Positions 28,105 through 38,623 are shown, numbered from the stretch's first letter. The stretch: DNA of 64,000 bases from an uncultured cyanobacterium (GCA_963793425.1 CAWCAG010000009.1:1007037-1071036); one strand, 5' to 3'. Notes: a model not told the origin generated them from the sequence alone. Program-made: numbers and translations.

Positions 28105-28752
28105 TTAGTACTTGTCGTTTTTCTGCCCCAAAATTGTGTAAATACCCGCTTTAGAGACTAAAATACCTAATGCAGCTAGACCTAAAAATGTGGAAGGTTC
28201 TGGAACTTCTTGAGGTTTTGGTGGCTTATCTACAGGAGTTGGCTGCTCAAAAGCTACAGTGCCGCCAGCAAAAAAGTTAAAATTTTCATCAAAGTAGGTA
28301 AAGTCTCTTTTGCCATCAAAAGGATTGACGAAAATGTCAAAGCCTAGTATTTGAGGAGGAAGAGGATTGTTGGGAAGCATACCAAAGGTTGTATCTACAA
28401 CATATTGCAACCCAATTAATTCTCCATCTAAAAAGTCCAAGCGAAGACCGTTATCTTCTCCTGTTGCTCCTCCATTGTTGTCAAATTCATCAAAATCATA
28501 ACCCAGACCAAAATTAAAATTGACCTGAATTTTGCCGGAACCATTGAGTGTTTCAGAACCTACTCCAGTCAAAAGACTATCATCAAAGGTGAAATCTCCA
28601 AGGAAAGTTTGATTAGCAAAGGGGCCCTGTTCAGCCGTAACTTTGAAATCAAATGATTTAGTGAGGGCTGATACTGGCTCAACTTCTATAGTTGTACTGA
28701 GTAAAAGAGCAGCACCAATGAGGACAAACTTTTGTGGGAGGGTATTCAGCAT
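28105..28752 (-). CDS. PEP-CTERM sorting-signal protein
   Basis: N-terminal signal peptide. The C-terminal VPEPSTFLGLAALGIL motif is followed by a hydrophobic stretch and a short basic tail. Confidence 0.7.
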   Translation of the reverse strand: MLNTLPQKFVLIGAALLLSTTIEVEPVSALTKSFDFKVTAEQGPFANQTFLGDFTFDDSLLTGVGSETLNGSGKIQVNFNFGLGYDFDEFDNNGGATGEDNGLRLDFLDGELIGLQYVVDTTFGMLPNNPLPPQILGFDIFVNPFDGKRDFTYFDENFNFFAGGTVAFEQPTPVDKPPKPQEVPEPSTFLGLAALGILVSKAGIYTILGQKNDKY

Positions 28753-29323
28753 TTAGTATTACCTTGAGTTGATCATTTTCAAAATTCTCAATGTTATTTG
28801 TGCATAAGCGGAGCTATGAGGCTTGTCATATTTCTAATTGATTTCTAGTTAAGACTACTTTAGCTATTGCTATAGTTAAGTTGCCATAGGTTTTCTACAT
28901 CTTCATTGAATCTTTATTCGTTCTAATTGTTTCTTTAAGATGAGTAATAAATTTGCTTTTGTTTCTAACGTTTATAAGTGTTAATGCCATAGCATAGCTT
29001 ATTTACTAGCAAAAACAGAAAGTTTTTAAGAATATTTACGTAGTATCCTGTTTGGTTAAAACAAGCTATCTGGTTGATAAGAAGTAGGACTTTACTTTAT
29101 CAATACATCTAGATTGAGATTTTTAAGTATAAAAATTGAGTGTAAATGACAAATAAACCATGAAATTCAAATTTTTTCTTGATATAAAAGGCAATCATTT
29201 TTTCCTTGGTAAAATAAAATTTAGATTTGTTAAATCTAACTCAGTTACTACTCATTGCTGCTTTTAGTAATTATCATTGTTCGTAGTTTATTCAAAAGTA
29301 ACTTCTGGAGGAAACTACCAACT

Positions 29324-29863
29324 ATGTCTGAACCATTTCTAGGTGAAATTAAAATGATTGCCTTTGACTTTGCACCTAAAGGATTTGCTTTTTGTTACGG
29401 TCAGGTACTAAGTATTAGTCAGAATCAATCCCTCTTCAACCTCATAGGAGATACTTATGGTGGAAATGGCACTAGTACTTTTGCTTTGCCTGATTTGAGG
29501 GGTAGAGTCCCTATTAATGCAGGACAAGGGCCTGGTTTAAGCAATAGAACTTTAGGTCAATCAGGAGGTAGTGAGACTGTTACTTTAACTGAGAGTCAGC
29601 TTCCTGCCCATAATCATGATCTGAATGCTGATCTGAACGCTACTAGTAGTAATGCCAATACTTGTGACCCCGCAGGCAAATTACTAGCAAAATCTAACCG
29701 ACCGACTTATCTTTCCGGAACTGCTAATATTAAACTCGATTCTGATTCTATTAGCGGTTCGACAAGTAGTGTAGGAGGTGGTCAGACCCATAATAATGTG
29801 CAACCTTTTCTTAGTATTAACTTTGTTATTGCTTTAACCGGTATATTTCCTTCAGAGAATTAA
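29324..29863 (+). CDS. Phage-tail-collar domain protein (MdpB-like)
   Basis: MSEPFLGEIKMIAFDFAPKGFAFCYGQ...FALPDLRGRVPI is the typical tail-collar N-terminus. ATG at 29324. Confidence 0.8.
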   Translation: MSEPFLGEIKMIAFDFAPKGFAFCYGQVLSISQNQSLFNLIGDTYGGNGTSTFALPDLRGRVPINAGQGPGLSNRTLGQSGGSETVTLTESQLPAHNHDLNADLNATSSNANTCDPAGKLLAKSNRPTYLSGTANIKLDSDSISGSTSSVGGGQTHNNVQPFLSINFVIALTGIFPSEN

Positions 29864-29956
29864 TAGTTGTTGAGAAAAAGGGCAATGGGTTGATAGAGAC
29901 GAGAAACTTGATATGATTTTTTTCAGCTAGGAGGAGTCCAAGGCTTTCAACATCTC

Positions 29957-32521
29957 TTGAAACCAGCAACCCCTTTATCTGGGAGGAAGAAGGAAATTAG
30001 CACCGATAAGACTACCAAAGGGCAATTTATTACCACCGAACCTCTGGGTAAAAGCGGTGAAGCAGCAGAAAAACAAGTTTGGGAAGCAATCCAAGTTGCT
30101 TTTAAGGAAAGAGAATGTTTGGGCTATTGGCGCTATCCTATTTTCTCCCAGGTAGGGCAGTATCGTCGGGAACCAGATATTCTCATCGCTGATCGTCAGT
30201 TGGGATTGATTATTATTGAAGTTAAAGCCCTGAATATTGAACAAATTGTCCGAATTTCTGGGCATTGTTGGGAATACCAGAACTTTTATACAACCAAAGG
30301 TAATCCTTATCAACAGGCGGAACAGCAACTATATACTCTTTTGGAATATAGCGATCGCGAACCTAGCTTAAACGGGCAGGTAACGGGGCGGGCTTTGGTT
30401 GCGTTGCCTTTAATTAGGGAAAGTCAGTGGCAAGAAAGAGGTTTTCAGCAACTACCCTCTTCTCCTCCTATTTTGCATCAAGATTTGCTTCAACCGGAAA
30501 CTAGGCAGCTACTTCATCAACTCATTGCCAAAATTCCTCCCCTCACTCCTAGCAATCATCTCTCTACTGAACAGTGGCAATTACTTTTAGCAACCTTAGC
30601 TGGCACTCCTCTTTATGGCCAACCTACCCACCGTGTCCTCACCGCTGAGACTTCTAAGGGCAGCATCTTACAACAGATACGCACCAGCAAAGGTATCCTC
30701 GACTGGGAACAGGAACGTATTGCTAAACAAATTCCTCCGGGGCCACAGCGTCTTAGAGGGGTTGCCGGTTCAGGAAAGTCGGTTCTCCTTTGTCAAAAAG
30801 CGGCCCACTTCCATCTAAAATATCCCCACTGGCAAATTGCTTTAGTCTTTTTCTCCCGCAGTCTTTACTACCCAATTGTCGCTCAGGTAGATCGCTGGCT
30901 GCGGTATTTTAGCTGCAACCAAGTGAGTTATGACCCACAAAACTACAACCTGCGAGTTCTCCATGCTTGGGGTAGCCGTCAGCAACCGGGTTTGTATAGT
31001 GTTCTCTGCCGTCAAACTGGCATCCCTCCCCTCGCTGTAACTGATACCCGAAGTCGGCAACCCCAGGAAGCATTAGCGGAAGCTTGCACAGACTTGCTGC
31101 AACAGGCTGCTATTCCCCAACTCTTTGATGCTATCCTCATTGATGAAGGGCAAGATTTACTAGTAGAGCCAGAGTATAAGTATCAGCATAAACAACCTTT
31201 CTATTGGTTAGCTTATCAGGCATTGCACCCAGCAAACCCTGCTCAACCAGAACAGAAAAGATTGATCTGGGCTGATGATGAGGCCCAGAGTTTAACCAGT
31301 CTCCGGGTAGCTAATGCTCAAGAACTGTTTGGGGAAGAATTAGCCCATTTAGTCGCTGGTGAGTATAGTGGTGGTATGGCCAAAACTGCTCTGTTGCGCC
31401 GTTCCTACCGTACACCAGAAAGCATTTTAACCGTAGCCCAGGCCCTGAGTATGGGTTTCCTGAAACCAGGGGGTATGGTGACAGGCATGAGTAGTTTGGC
31501 AGACTGGCAAGCTTTAGGTTATCGCTCTCAGGTGACGAATAGTTCTCTAGGCAGGGGGAAAGTTCTCACCATTGAACGTTTAGAGGATAACTCCCCTCAC
31601 CCTTTGCCTCAACTTTGGACTGGAGAAATTATTGAGTTTCAGATTCACCGCGATCGCAACTCTGAGTTAGCCGCTCTAAGTCAGAATCTATTCTACAATC
31701 TTCGTTATGATGGTTTGCGCCCTAGTCGAGAACTATTGGTAATTATCCTTGGTAGTGGTTTAGAAGCTATAAAGTTAGAAAAAACAGTAGCCCAATTTTT
31801 GATCGCTCAGGGTTTAGATATTTATATTCCCAGCACTAGTACTCATAACCAGCTTCGCTCCGACAAAAGCAACTCTCAACCCAACCAATTTTGGTATGAA
31901 GGGGCAATTACTATCAGCCGCATTCACCGAGCGAAGGGTCAGGAAGCAGATTTAGTTTATCTGGTTGGTTTAGAGCAAATCGCTAAAGAAGAGCATAATC
32001 TTTCCCTACGTAACCAACTATTGGTAGCCTTAACTAGAACCAGAGGTTGGGTTCACCTCAGCGGAATTGGTGACTACCCCTTATACGAAGAGTTGCACAG
32101 TATTATTCACAAAGGTACTAGCTTCAGCTTTCGCCAAGATCGTCCCCCTCAAAGACAAATTAGCCTTACCCCTGCCGGAGAAGTGCTGCAAAGCTATGGC
32201 CAAGGCAGTAGAAACTTTCAGAATGCTCATCTTTTGGGGGCGCAACTACCAGGAGTTAATCTCAGTAAAGCTAATCTAATCGGGGCTAATCTTAAAGGTG
32301 CTAACTTAGAAGGCGCAACATTGGATGGAGCCAAATTAGCGATCGCCAATTTGGCAGAAGCTAATCTCTCTGGGGCTAGTCTACGTAAAGCTCAGTTAAT
32401 GGGGGCTAATCTACAGGAAGCTAAGCTGAGAGATGCTGATTTGCAGTTTGCAGATGTAACAGATGCTTTCCTGGAAGGAGCAGATTTAAAGGGGACGTTG
32501 CTAGAGCAAAATGAGATTTAA
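29957..32521 (+). CDS. NERD nuclease domain + SF1 (UvrD-like) helicase/ATPase + C-terminal pentapeptide-repeat domain fusion protein
   Basis: NERD/PD-(D/E)XK block EPDILIADRQLGLIIIEVK. Walker A GVAGSGKSVLL, Walker B ILIDEGQDL, RRSYRTPE, RIHRAKGQEADLVYL, LTRTRG. The C-terminal ~110 aa are A(N/D)LxG-type pentapeptides (ANLIGANLKGANLEGATLDGAKLAIANLAEANLSGASL). There is no in-frame ATG near the 5' end, so a TTG start is assumed. Confidence 0.8.
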   Translation: MKPATPLSGRKKEISTDKTTKGQFITTEPLGKSGEAAEKQVWEAIQVAFKERECLGYWRYPIFSQVGQYRREPDILIADRQLGLIIIEVKALNIEQIVRISGHCWEYQNFYTTKGNPYQQAEQQLYTLLEYSDREPSLNGQVTGRALVALPLIRESQWQERGFQQLPSSPPILHQDLLQPETRQLLHQLIAKIPPLTPSNHLSTEQWQLLLATLAGTPLYGQPTHRVLTAETSKGSILQQIRTSKGILDWEQERIAKQIPPGPQRLRGVAGSGKSVLLCQKAAHFHLKYPHWQIALVFFSRSLYYPIVAQVDRWLRYFSCNQVSYDPQNYNLRVLHAWGSRQQPGLYSVLCRQTGIPPLAVTDTRSRQPQEALAEACTDLLQQAAIPQLFDAILIDEGQDLLVEPEYKYQHKQPFYWLAYQALHPANPAQPEQKRLIWADDEAQSLTSLRVANAQELFGEELAHLVAGEYSGGMAKTALLRRSYRTPESILTVAQALSMGFLKPGGMVTGMSSLADWQALGYRSQVTNSSLGRGKVLTIERLEDNSPHPLPQLWTGEIIEFQIHRDRNSELAALSQNLFYNLRYDGLRPSRELLVIILGSGLEAIKLEKTVAQFLIAQGLDIYIPSTSTHNQLRSDKSNSQPNQFWYEGAITISRIHRAKGQEADLVYLVGLEQIAKEEHNLSLRNQLLVALTRTRGWVHLSGIGDYPLYEELHSIIHKGTSFSFRQDRPPQRQISLTPAGEVLQSYGQGSRNFQNAHLLGAQLPGVNLSKANLIGANLKGANLEGATLDGAKLAIANLAEANLSGASLRKAQLMGANLQEAKLRDADLQFADVTDAFLEGADLKGTLLEQNEI

Positions 32522-32537
32522 ACAAGAGTAGATTTAT

Positions 32538-32831
32538 TTAATTAAATACAGCTTGGTAAAGTTGCCCTTTTCCATCAGAACCAATTGGTACTACAAATAG
32601 CTCTAGTTTGCCAAGCTGGTCTTGTTTAAAAGTGTAGGTTTCTTGGGGGAGAACAAAACCTTTTGGTAGACGGAAGACTAAATCAAAGGGTCGTCCTGTA
32701 TCTAAGTTTTGCTCAGGATAGTCTGATACTTCGATTAATTCAACTTCCAGAAAGTCATTTTCATCTAAAAAGACATAAAACTTTTGCTGGAGATAAGGAC
32801 GAAAGTCACTACTTTTAAGTTTTGCTAGCAT
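32538..32831 (-). CDS. Small conserved hypothetical protein (97 aa)
   Basis: ORF with an ATG start, 33 nt downstream of the adaptor gene on the same strand. No motif assigned. Confidence 0.5.
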   Translation of the reverse strand: MLAKLKSSDFRPYLQQKFYVFLDENDFLEVELIEVSDYPEQNLDTGRPFDLVFRLPKGFVLPQETYTFKQDQLGKLELFVVPIGSDGKGQLYQAVFN

Positions 32832-32864
32832 AAAATTATGTCGTTTAAATGGGTAAAAGCTTAC

Positions 32865-34304
32865 CTACTCCCCAACTTCCTGCTTCCTATCTTCGGGTTG
32901 ATCAATATAAACCCTTACTCCTTTTTTTATACCAGATAGAATTTGAGTTTGGTCATTTATAGTTATGCCCGCAGTTACAGGTTTAAATGCTGATTTTTTA
33001 TTACCAGTAGGAACATAAACCCCAGTTTTTCCTTCCTCTGTCACAATTGCTACTGTGGGAACTACTAATGCTGCCTCAATTTCTTCCCCCAAAAAGGTTA
33101 CATCTACATTCATTCCTGATTTAAGTTCATCTTGCCCCTCTAACAAATTCACCTTAACTTGAAAAGAAGTAACATTTTGCTCTTCAATTGCTTCAGGGGC
33201 AACTAACTTAACTCTGCCCTCAAATACCTGATCAGGATAGGCATCGGCAACAACTTCTACCGGTTGCCCTGGTTTCAACTGCCCTACATCCACTTCAGGA
33301 ACCTTAGCCGTCACTTCCAAACCTTTAGCTAAAGCAATAACAGAAGTAGAAGTTGCTGAAGCTGTACTAGAAGCAGAAGTGGTGGGGGTAACAAAAGAGC
33401 CTTCAGTGGCGTATTTTTGGGTCACGATGCCATCAAAAGGAGCTTTGAGGAGTGTATCATCCAAATTCACCTTAGCTGCCTGTACTTGGGCTAGGGCAGC
33501 TTCAGTCGCAGCTTGGAGTTGAGCAACTTCTTCGGCACGACTTCCTTTTTCCAACTCTTCTAAAGCTGCCCTAGCTTCTGCTACTTGTGCTTCTAACTGG
33601 CTAATCCCTGGCGCTTGCGTTCTTTTTTCTTGCTGGAGTCGTCTTTCAGCTTCATCCAAAGATGCCCTAGCATTGCGATATTCCGTTAAAGTTTCTTGAT
33701 ATTGGTCTTCTGATATAGCCCCTTGTTGCTGTAAACTTTGGTAGCGTCTGGTGCGAGCTTCAGCCAAATCCAACCTTGCATTAGCTGCTTCAACCTGAGA
33801 CTCTCCTTGAGCAATTTGTTCTGGATTAGAAAGTTTAGCTTCTTGCAAACGAGACTCTGCCTGCTCTAAACGCGCCCTTCCTTGGAGAATATCCCCTTTG
33901 CGATTCCCTGCGAGGGCTTCATCCAACCTTGCTTTAGCTTGTTGATAATCAGCCTGTGCCTTGGCGTACTGAGCTTGTAAGTCTTTATTTTCCATAATGG
34001 CCAGGACTTGCCCTTGCCGAACCTTCTGCCCCTGTTCCACAAGAAGTTCACCTAACCGCCCAGGATTCTTGGGGCTAACATTAACACTTTGAATTGGCTC
34101 TACTTTACCACTAGCCGGGATGCGTAAAGTGAGGTCTTTTGCTTCTACAGGTACGGTTAATTCCTCAAGGTCTTGTTTTGGTTGAGCGTTATTAATAACC
34201 AAATAGCCCAGACTACCAATAATCAAAATACTTGTAGCCCCTAGTCCTATAGCCCAACGTAAAGGTTGTTTAACTTTACCAAAAAACGGAATTTCCATAT
34301 TCAA
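32865..34304 (-). CDS. HlyD/membrane-fusion-protein family periplasmic adaptor (DevB-like)
   Basis: N-terminal anchor, long alanine/glutamine-rich coiled-coil hairpin, then barrel-sandwich and beta-barrel C-terminal blocks. No partner pump genes are adjacent. Confidence 0.8.
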   Translation of the reverse strand: MNMEIPFFGKVKQPLRWAIGLGATSILIIGSLGYLVINNAQPKQDLEELTVPVEAKDLTLRIPASGKVEPIQSVNVSPKNPGRLGELLVEQGQKVRQGQVLAIMENKDLQAQYAKAQADYQQAKARLDEALAGNRKGDILQGRARLEQAESRLQEAKLSNPEQIAQGESQVEAANARLDLAEARTRRYQSLQQQGAISEDQYQETLTEYRNARASLDEAERRLQQEKRTQAPGISQLEAQVAEARAALEELEKGSRAEEVAQLQAATEAALAQVQAAKVNLDDTLLKAPFDGIVTQKYATEGSFVTPTTSASSTASATSTSVIALAKGLEVTAKVPEVDVGQLKPGQPVEVVADAYPDQVFEGRVKLVAPEAIEEQNVTSFQVKVNLLEGQDELKSGMNVDVTFLGEEIEAALVVPTVAIVTEEGKTGVYVPTGNKKSAFKPVTAGITINDQTQILSGIKKGVRVYIDQPEDRKQEVGE

Positions 34305-34497
34305 GAGCGATTGTCACATATAAGTATCGCTTTTCAAATCATCCTACTTTCCCTACCATAACGAAAACGAGGTTGGAGAAACCTTCATACTTAGGTACAA
34401 AATGGGGAACAAAAGAGCAGGAAATTAACCCTTGATTATCAATGATCATTGATCGCTGACTGTACTAGGATATTGTTAATGATTATGAGGCGGCACC

Positions 34498-35376
34498 GTG
34501 CCTAAAAGTAATTGGTTATTTTCTTTTTTTGCTGGCGTAACTTCTTTGGGAAGCTTAGCGTTACCAGCTTCTGGACAGGCTCTTTTACCTTACACCCTAG
34601 AACTTGATTCAGAACAGCTTGAACAACAAGGTTTAAATTTGGTACAGGATGCGGTGCAATTGGTAAGGTTTCAACAGTATGAACTAGCCTTACCAAGAGC
34701 AAAGTTAGCTACTCAAGTGGCTCCTGATAATTTTCAAACTTGGTTTGTTCTGGGCAGTTTATACTTACAAAATGAAGAAGCAGATAAAGCCATTGAAAGC
34801 TTACAAATAGCTCGCTCTTTGTCTCCGGAAGACGAGTCTGGTATTCTTTTTACTCTTGGTTCGGCTTATTTTCAAAAGGAAAATTATCAAGCTGCTATAG
34901 AGAATATAGAGAAAGGTTTGGCAATAGAGCCAAATGCTGTGGAAGCTTTATTTGATTTGGGTAACTCTTACTTGATGCTTAAGAATTACTCTAAAGCTTT
35001 GAGTAGTTATGAGCAGGCATACAATAAAGAACAAAAATTCTGGCCGGCGATTAATAATATCGGTTTGGTTAAATATGAACAAGGGGACATAACCGGAGCT
35101 ATTAAACAATGGGAAAAAGCCCTAGAAATAGACTCTGAGGCCGCAGAACCCCAGTTGGCGATCGCTGTTGCTTGGTATACCCATCAAGCAGACAAGAAAG
35201 CTAGTGGTTTAGCTTTAGGTAAAGCTGCTTTAAACCAAGATAATCGCTATGGAGATTTAGAATTTCTCAAGCAAAATCTTTGGGGTGATCAGCTTTTAGC
35301 CGATACAGCTAGATTTTTGTCCGATCCTCAAGTTGAAGCACTTGTACCTCTAACTCCTGAGCTTAACTCAAGATAA
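34498..35376 (+). CDS. TPR-repeat protein with signal peptide
   Basis: Several canonical 34-aa TPR units (e.g. LGSAYFQKENYQAAIENIEKGLAIEPNAVEALFDLGNSY). GTG start. Confidence 0.7.
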   Translation: MPKSNWLFSFFAGVTSLGSLALPASGQALLPYTLELDSEQLEQQGLNLVQDAVQLVRFQQYELALPRAKLATQVAPDNFQTWFVLGSLYLQNEEADKAIESLQIARSLSPEDESGILFTLGSAYFQKENYQAAIENIEKGLAIEPNAVEALFDLGNSYLMLKNYSKALSSYEQAYNKEQKFWPAINNIGLVKYEQGDITGAIKQWEKALEIDSEAAEPQLAIAVAWYTHQADKKASGLALGKAALNQDNRYGDLEFLKQNLWGDQLLADTARFLSDPQVEALVPLTPELNSR

Positions 35377-35463
35377 GTATTGGTTTAGAGATCACGATTT
35401 TCCCTCCTCTCCCTTGCCAAAATTGGCAATTAACAGTACATATGTATTGAGAGGGGGTAATAG

Positions 35464-35495
35464 GAAATACCTTAGCTTTTAAACTAAGGTATTTC
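35464..35495. terminator. Perfect 12-bp hairpin between convergent genes (terminator-like, no clear U tract)
   Basis: GAAATACCTTAG (35464-75) / CTAAGGTATTTC (35484-95) with an 8-nt loop. Confidence 0.4.
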
Positions 35496-35564
35496 TTAAA
35501 GGTAAAGAGTGACAAAAAGGAGGTCAGAAGTCTTAATCACCTTCCTTCCTCTAACTCAACCAAA

Positions 35565-35962
35565 TTATTCTTTAGGCAACAGTTGGCGAATCTGTTCAAC
35601 AAATTGTTGATGATCTACCACTGGTTTAGAGATGTAGCTATTAGCACCACTTTGTTTGAGGAAACTTTCTTTGTCTCCTTCCATAGCATGGGCTGTGACC
35701 AAGATAATTGGTATTTCAGAGGTTTGAGGGTCTGCTTTTAACATTTGGGTAATTTTAATGCCATCTACAGCCTTACCTCGGTAAACGCTGTGGGCAAGAG
35801 AAACATCCATCAAAATAATATCGGCCCCCCTGCTTGGGCAATTTCCATCACCTCTTCTACATCTTCAGTATGTTTAACATCCAAACCCGCGCGTTTGGTA
35901 AGAATCTTAGAAAAAACGCGAGCATTAATAGGATCGTCTTCTACAATCAAAACGGTTGTCAT
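35565..35962 (-). pseudogene. CheY-like response-regulator receiver domain with a 1-nt frameshift
   Basis: From ATG 35960-62 the N-terminal half reads MTTVLIVEDDPINARVFSKILTKRAGLDVKHTEDVEEVMEIAQAGG. It then stops after the run of six C (plus strand 35825-35830). The remainder (DIILMDVSLAHS...KPV...) continues in another frame as tracked ORF 35565..35813. Confidence 0.75.
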
Positions 35963-36109
35963 AGGCGTAGCCTCAAGGGAGTCGCTGTAAATAAGGGCGA
36001 ATTTTAAGATAAAACTGACAAGGACTTTTGTAATGTTGCCATCAACAGCAGCAATAAGTCATTAATTAATTCATTATCTTTGTTTTAAGGAAAGTAGGAT
36101 AAATAACTC

Positions 36110-38623
36110 ATGGCAAAACAGCTAAACCTGTTAGAAAGTGGTCAGATAGTTCCCACCGCGATACATACAGAAATGGAACGGTCTTATCTTGAATATGCCA
36201 TGAGTGTCATAGTTGGTAGGGCCTTACCTGATGTTCGAGACGGGCTAAAACCTGTCCATCGACGAATTTTGTATGCCATGCACGAACTAGGTTTGACCCC
36301 AGACCGACCTTATCGTAAATGTGCCAGAGTAGTTGGAGATGTTTTAGGTAAATATCATCCCCACGGAGATCAGTCCGTTTATGACGCATTGGTACGGATG
36401 GTACAAGATTTCTCCAGTCGTCATCCCCTGTTATCCGGACATGGGAACTTTGGTTCGGTGGATAATGACCCTCCCGCTGCGATGCGCTATACAGAAACAC
36501 GACTGGCAGAAATTGCTCATCAAGCTCTGTTGAGGGAAATTGGCGAAGCAACTGTTGATTTTACAAGCAACTTTGACAATTCTCAGCAAGAACCAGTAGT
36601 ACTACCAGCTCAGTTACCTATATTATTGCTTAATGGTTGTTCCGGAATAGCAGTAGGTATGGCCACCAATGTACCTCCTCATAACTTGGGAGAGGTGGTA
36701 GATGGCTTAATTGCCTTGATTGATAAGCCTAATTTACCTGATGAAAAACTTTGGCAATTAATTAGGGGACCAGATTTTCCCACTGGGGGAGAGATTATTG
36801 AAACCGCAGTCATTAAGGAAGTTTATCGCCAAGGGAGAGGAAGTATCCCTCTGCGGGGGGTTGCTGCCATTGAAAAGTTGCGTACCGAAGGTAAGCGACG
36901 CAGAATTAAGACAGCGATTGTGGTGACAGAATTACCTTTCCAGGTTAATAAAGCAGGTTGGATTGAAAAAGTTGCTGATTTGGTTAATCAAGGGCGTTTA
37001 GAAGGCATCTCTGATATTCGCGATGAGAGCGATCGCGATGGTATGCGGGTGGTGATTGAATTAAAACGTGATACTAATGCTCAACAAATTCTCCGTCAAC
37101 TCTACAAACAAACAGCCCTACAAAATAACTTTGGGGCCATTATGCTGGCGTTGGTGGATAACAAGCCCTGTCAGCTCTCTTTGAGGGAATTATTAGAAAA
37201 GTTCCTTAGCTTCCGAGAACAAACCCTTACTCGGCTTTATAGATACGAATTAGAGCAGAATCAAAGAAGAATTCATCTGGTTGAAGGGTTGTTAGCGGCA
37301 CTCAAAAACTTAGATCGAGTTATTGAGATTTTACGCAATGCCCCCGATGGCAGCACAGCTAAAGTGACATTACAAGAAGAATTAGCAATTAGTGAACCCC
37401 AAGCCGATTCTATTTTAGCTATGCCGATGCGCCGCTTGACGGGGTTAGAAAGGCAGAAGTTACAGACAGAGTATGAGGAATTACAAGAAAAGATTGCTGA
37501 GTTAAACAAATTATTAGGCGATCGCGGGGAGTTCTTAAAAGCCCTGAAAAAAGAGTTACGTTCTTTGAAGCGTAAATATGGTAATCCTCGCCGTACTAAA
37601 ATTCTTTCAGCGGAGGAGGTACGAAAAGCTGCCGCTACAGCGAAGAAAGGGCAAAAAAGCAAAAAGTCCCCTCAGAAATCTAGTGTTGCACCAGTTTTGT
37701 CAGCAACAGAAGCTTTACCCCCCAAAGATGCAGTAATTGAGGTTACTCGCCAAGGATATGTTCATTGGCAAACCCCCTCCGGAGGGAGAAAAGCTTCAAC
37801 TAGCAATCGGGATTTTGTTGTCAATACTTTAGCTGTTAAGCAACAAGAGCAATTGGTGGTACTAACAGCGAGTGGCAAGGCATATCCGGTTGCCCTCACA
37901 GAAATTCCCCAAGTAGGAAATATTAAAAAAACTCGTCTTTTAAGCTTATTACCAAAATCTGTCCAGAAGCCGGAAGAAAGGGTTGTAGGGCAATTTTTCT
38001 TGCCCCAGGACAAAAAACAAAAACCTCAAGATTTAGTCTTACTTACCAAAGAAGGGCGCATTAAACGCTTGGCAATCTCAGAGTTGAAAGATTTAAGTAA
38101 CCGAGGACTACAAGTAATTAAACTCAAAGACAAAGACAGCTTGGATTATGCTTGTTTGGCACAAGAAGGGCAACAAATGGCGATCGCCACTACAGGAGGG
38201 CGCATTTTACGTTTTGAGGTGAATGATGAACAATTGGCAATTATGGGACGTAATGCCCAAGGCAATCAGGCTTTAAGGTTACGTTACAACGAGAATTTGG
38301 TTAGTGGCGTTGTTGTTAATGAAAATGATAGTCTTTTGCTAGTGTCAGGATTTGGTTATGCTAAGCGATTGGCAGTTAAATCTTTACGTTTGGCTAATCG
38401 AGGGGATATTGGTACTCAAGCTTTACAGTTTGCTGAGTCAGACGATTCCTTAGTAGGATTAATTTTAGCTCCGAAGCAAGCTAGTTTTACTCTTTTAACA
38501 GCGACGGATAAAGTAATTAGTTTACCGATTAAGCCTATTAAAAATTTGGGCAAGGATGGTACGGGGAATCATCTCTCAAAACTAAAAGCTAGAGAAAGAG
38601 TGAAAGAGATTTGGTTACAGTAA
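36110..38623 (+). CDS. Type IIA topoisomerase subunit A (GyrA/ParC family; GyrA-box not evident)
   Basis: Catalytic-tyrosine block [10 protein letters not shown]; N-terminal winged-helix and tower regions; C-terminal beta-pinwheel-like repeats. The expected QRRGGKG GyrA-box position reads [11 protein letters not shown] lysine-rich insert [20 protein letters not shown] is present. Confidence 0.85.
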   Translation: MAKQLNLLESGQIVPTAIHTEMERSYLEYAMSVIVGRALPDVRDGLKPVHRRILYAMHELGLTPDRPYRKCARVVGDVLGKYHPHGDQSVYDALVRMVQDFSSRHPLLSGHGNFGSVDNDPPAAMRYTETRLAEIAHQALLREIGEATVDFTSNFDNSQQEPVVLPAQLPILLLNGCSGIAVGMATNVPPHNLGEVVDGLIALIDKPNLPDEKLWQLIRGPDFPTGGEIIETAVIKEVYRQGRGSIPLRGVAAIEKLRTEGKRRRIKTAIVVTELPFQVNKAGWIEKVADLVNQGRLEGISDIRDESDRDGMRVVIELKRDTNAQQILRQLYKQTALQNNFGAIMLALVDNKPCQLSLRELLEKFLSFREQTLTRLYRYELEQNQRRIHLVEGLLAALKNLDRVIEILRNAPDGSTAKVTLQEELAISEPQADSILAMPMRRLTGLERQKLQTEYEELQEKIAELNKLLGDRGEFLKALKKELRSLKRKYGNPRRTKILSAEEVRKAAATAKKGQKSKKSPQKSSVAPVLSATEALPPKDAVIEVTRQGYVHWQTPSGGRKASTSNRDFVVNTLAVKQQEQLVVLTASGKAYPVALTEIPQVGNIKKTRLLSLLPKSVQKPEERVVGQFFLPQDKKQKPQDLVLLTKEGRIKRLAISELKDLSNRGLQVIKLKDKDSLDYACLAQEGQQMAIATTGGRILRFEVNDEQLAIMGRNAQGNQALRLRYNENLVSGVVVNENDSLLLVSGFGYAKRLAVKSLRLANRGDIGTQALQFAESDDSLVGLILAPKQASFTLLTATDKVISLPIKPIKNLGKDGTGNHLSKLKARERVKEIWLQ

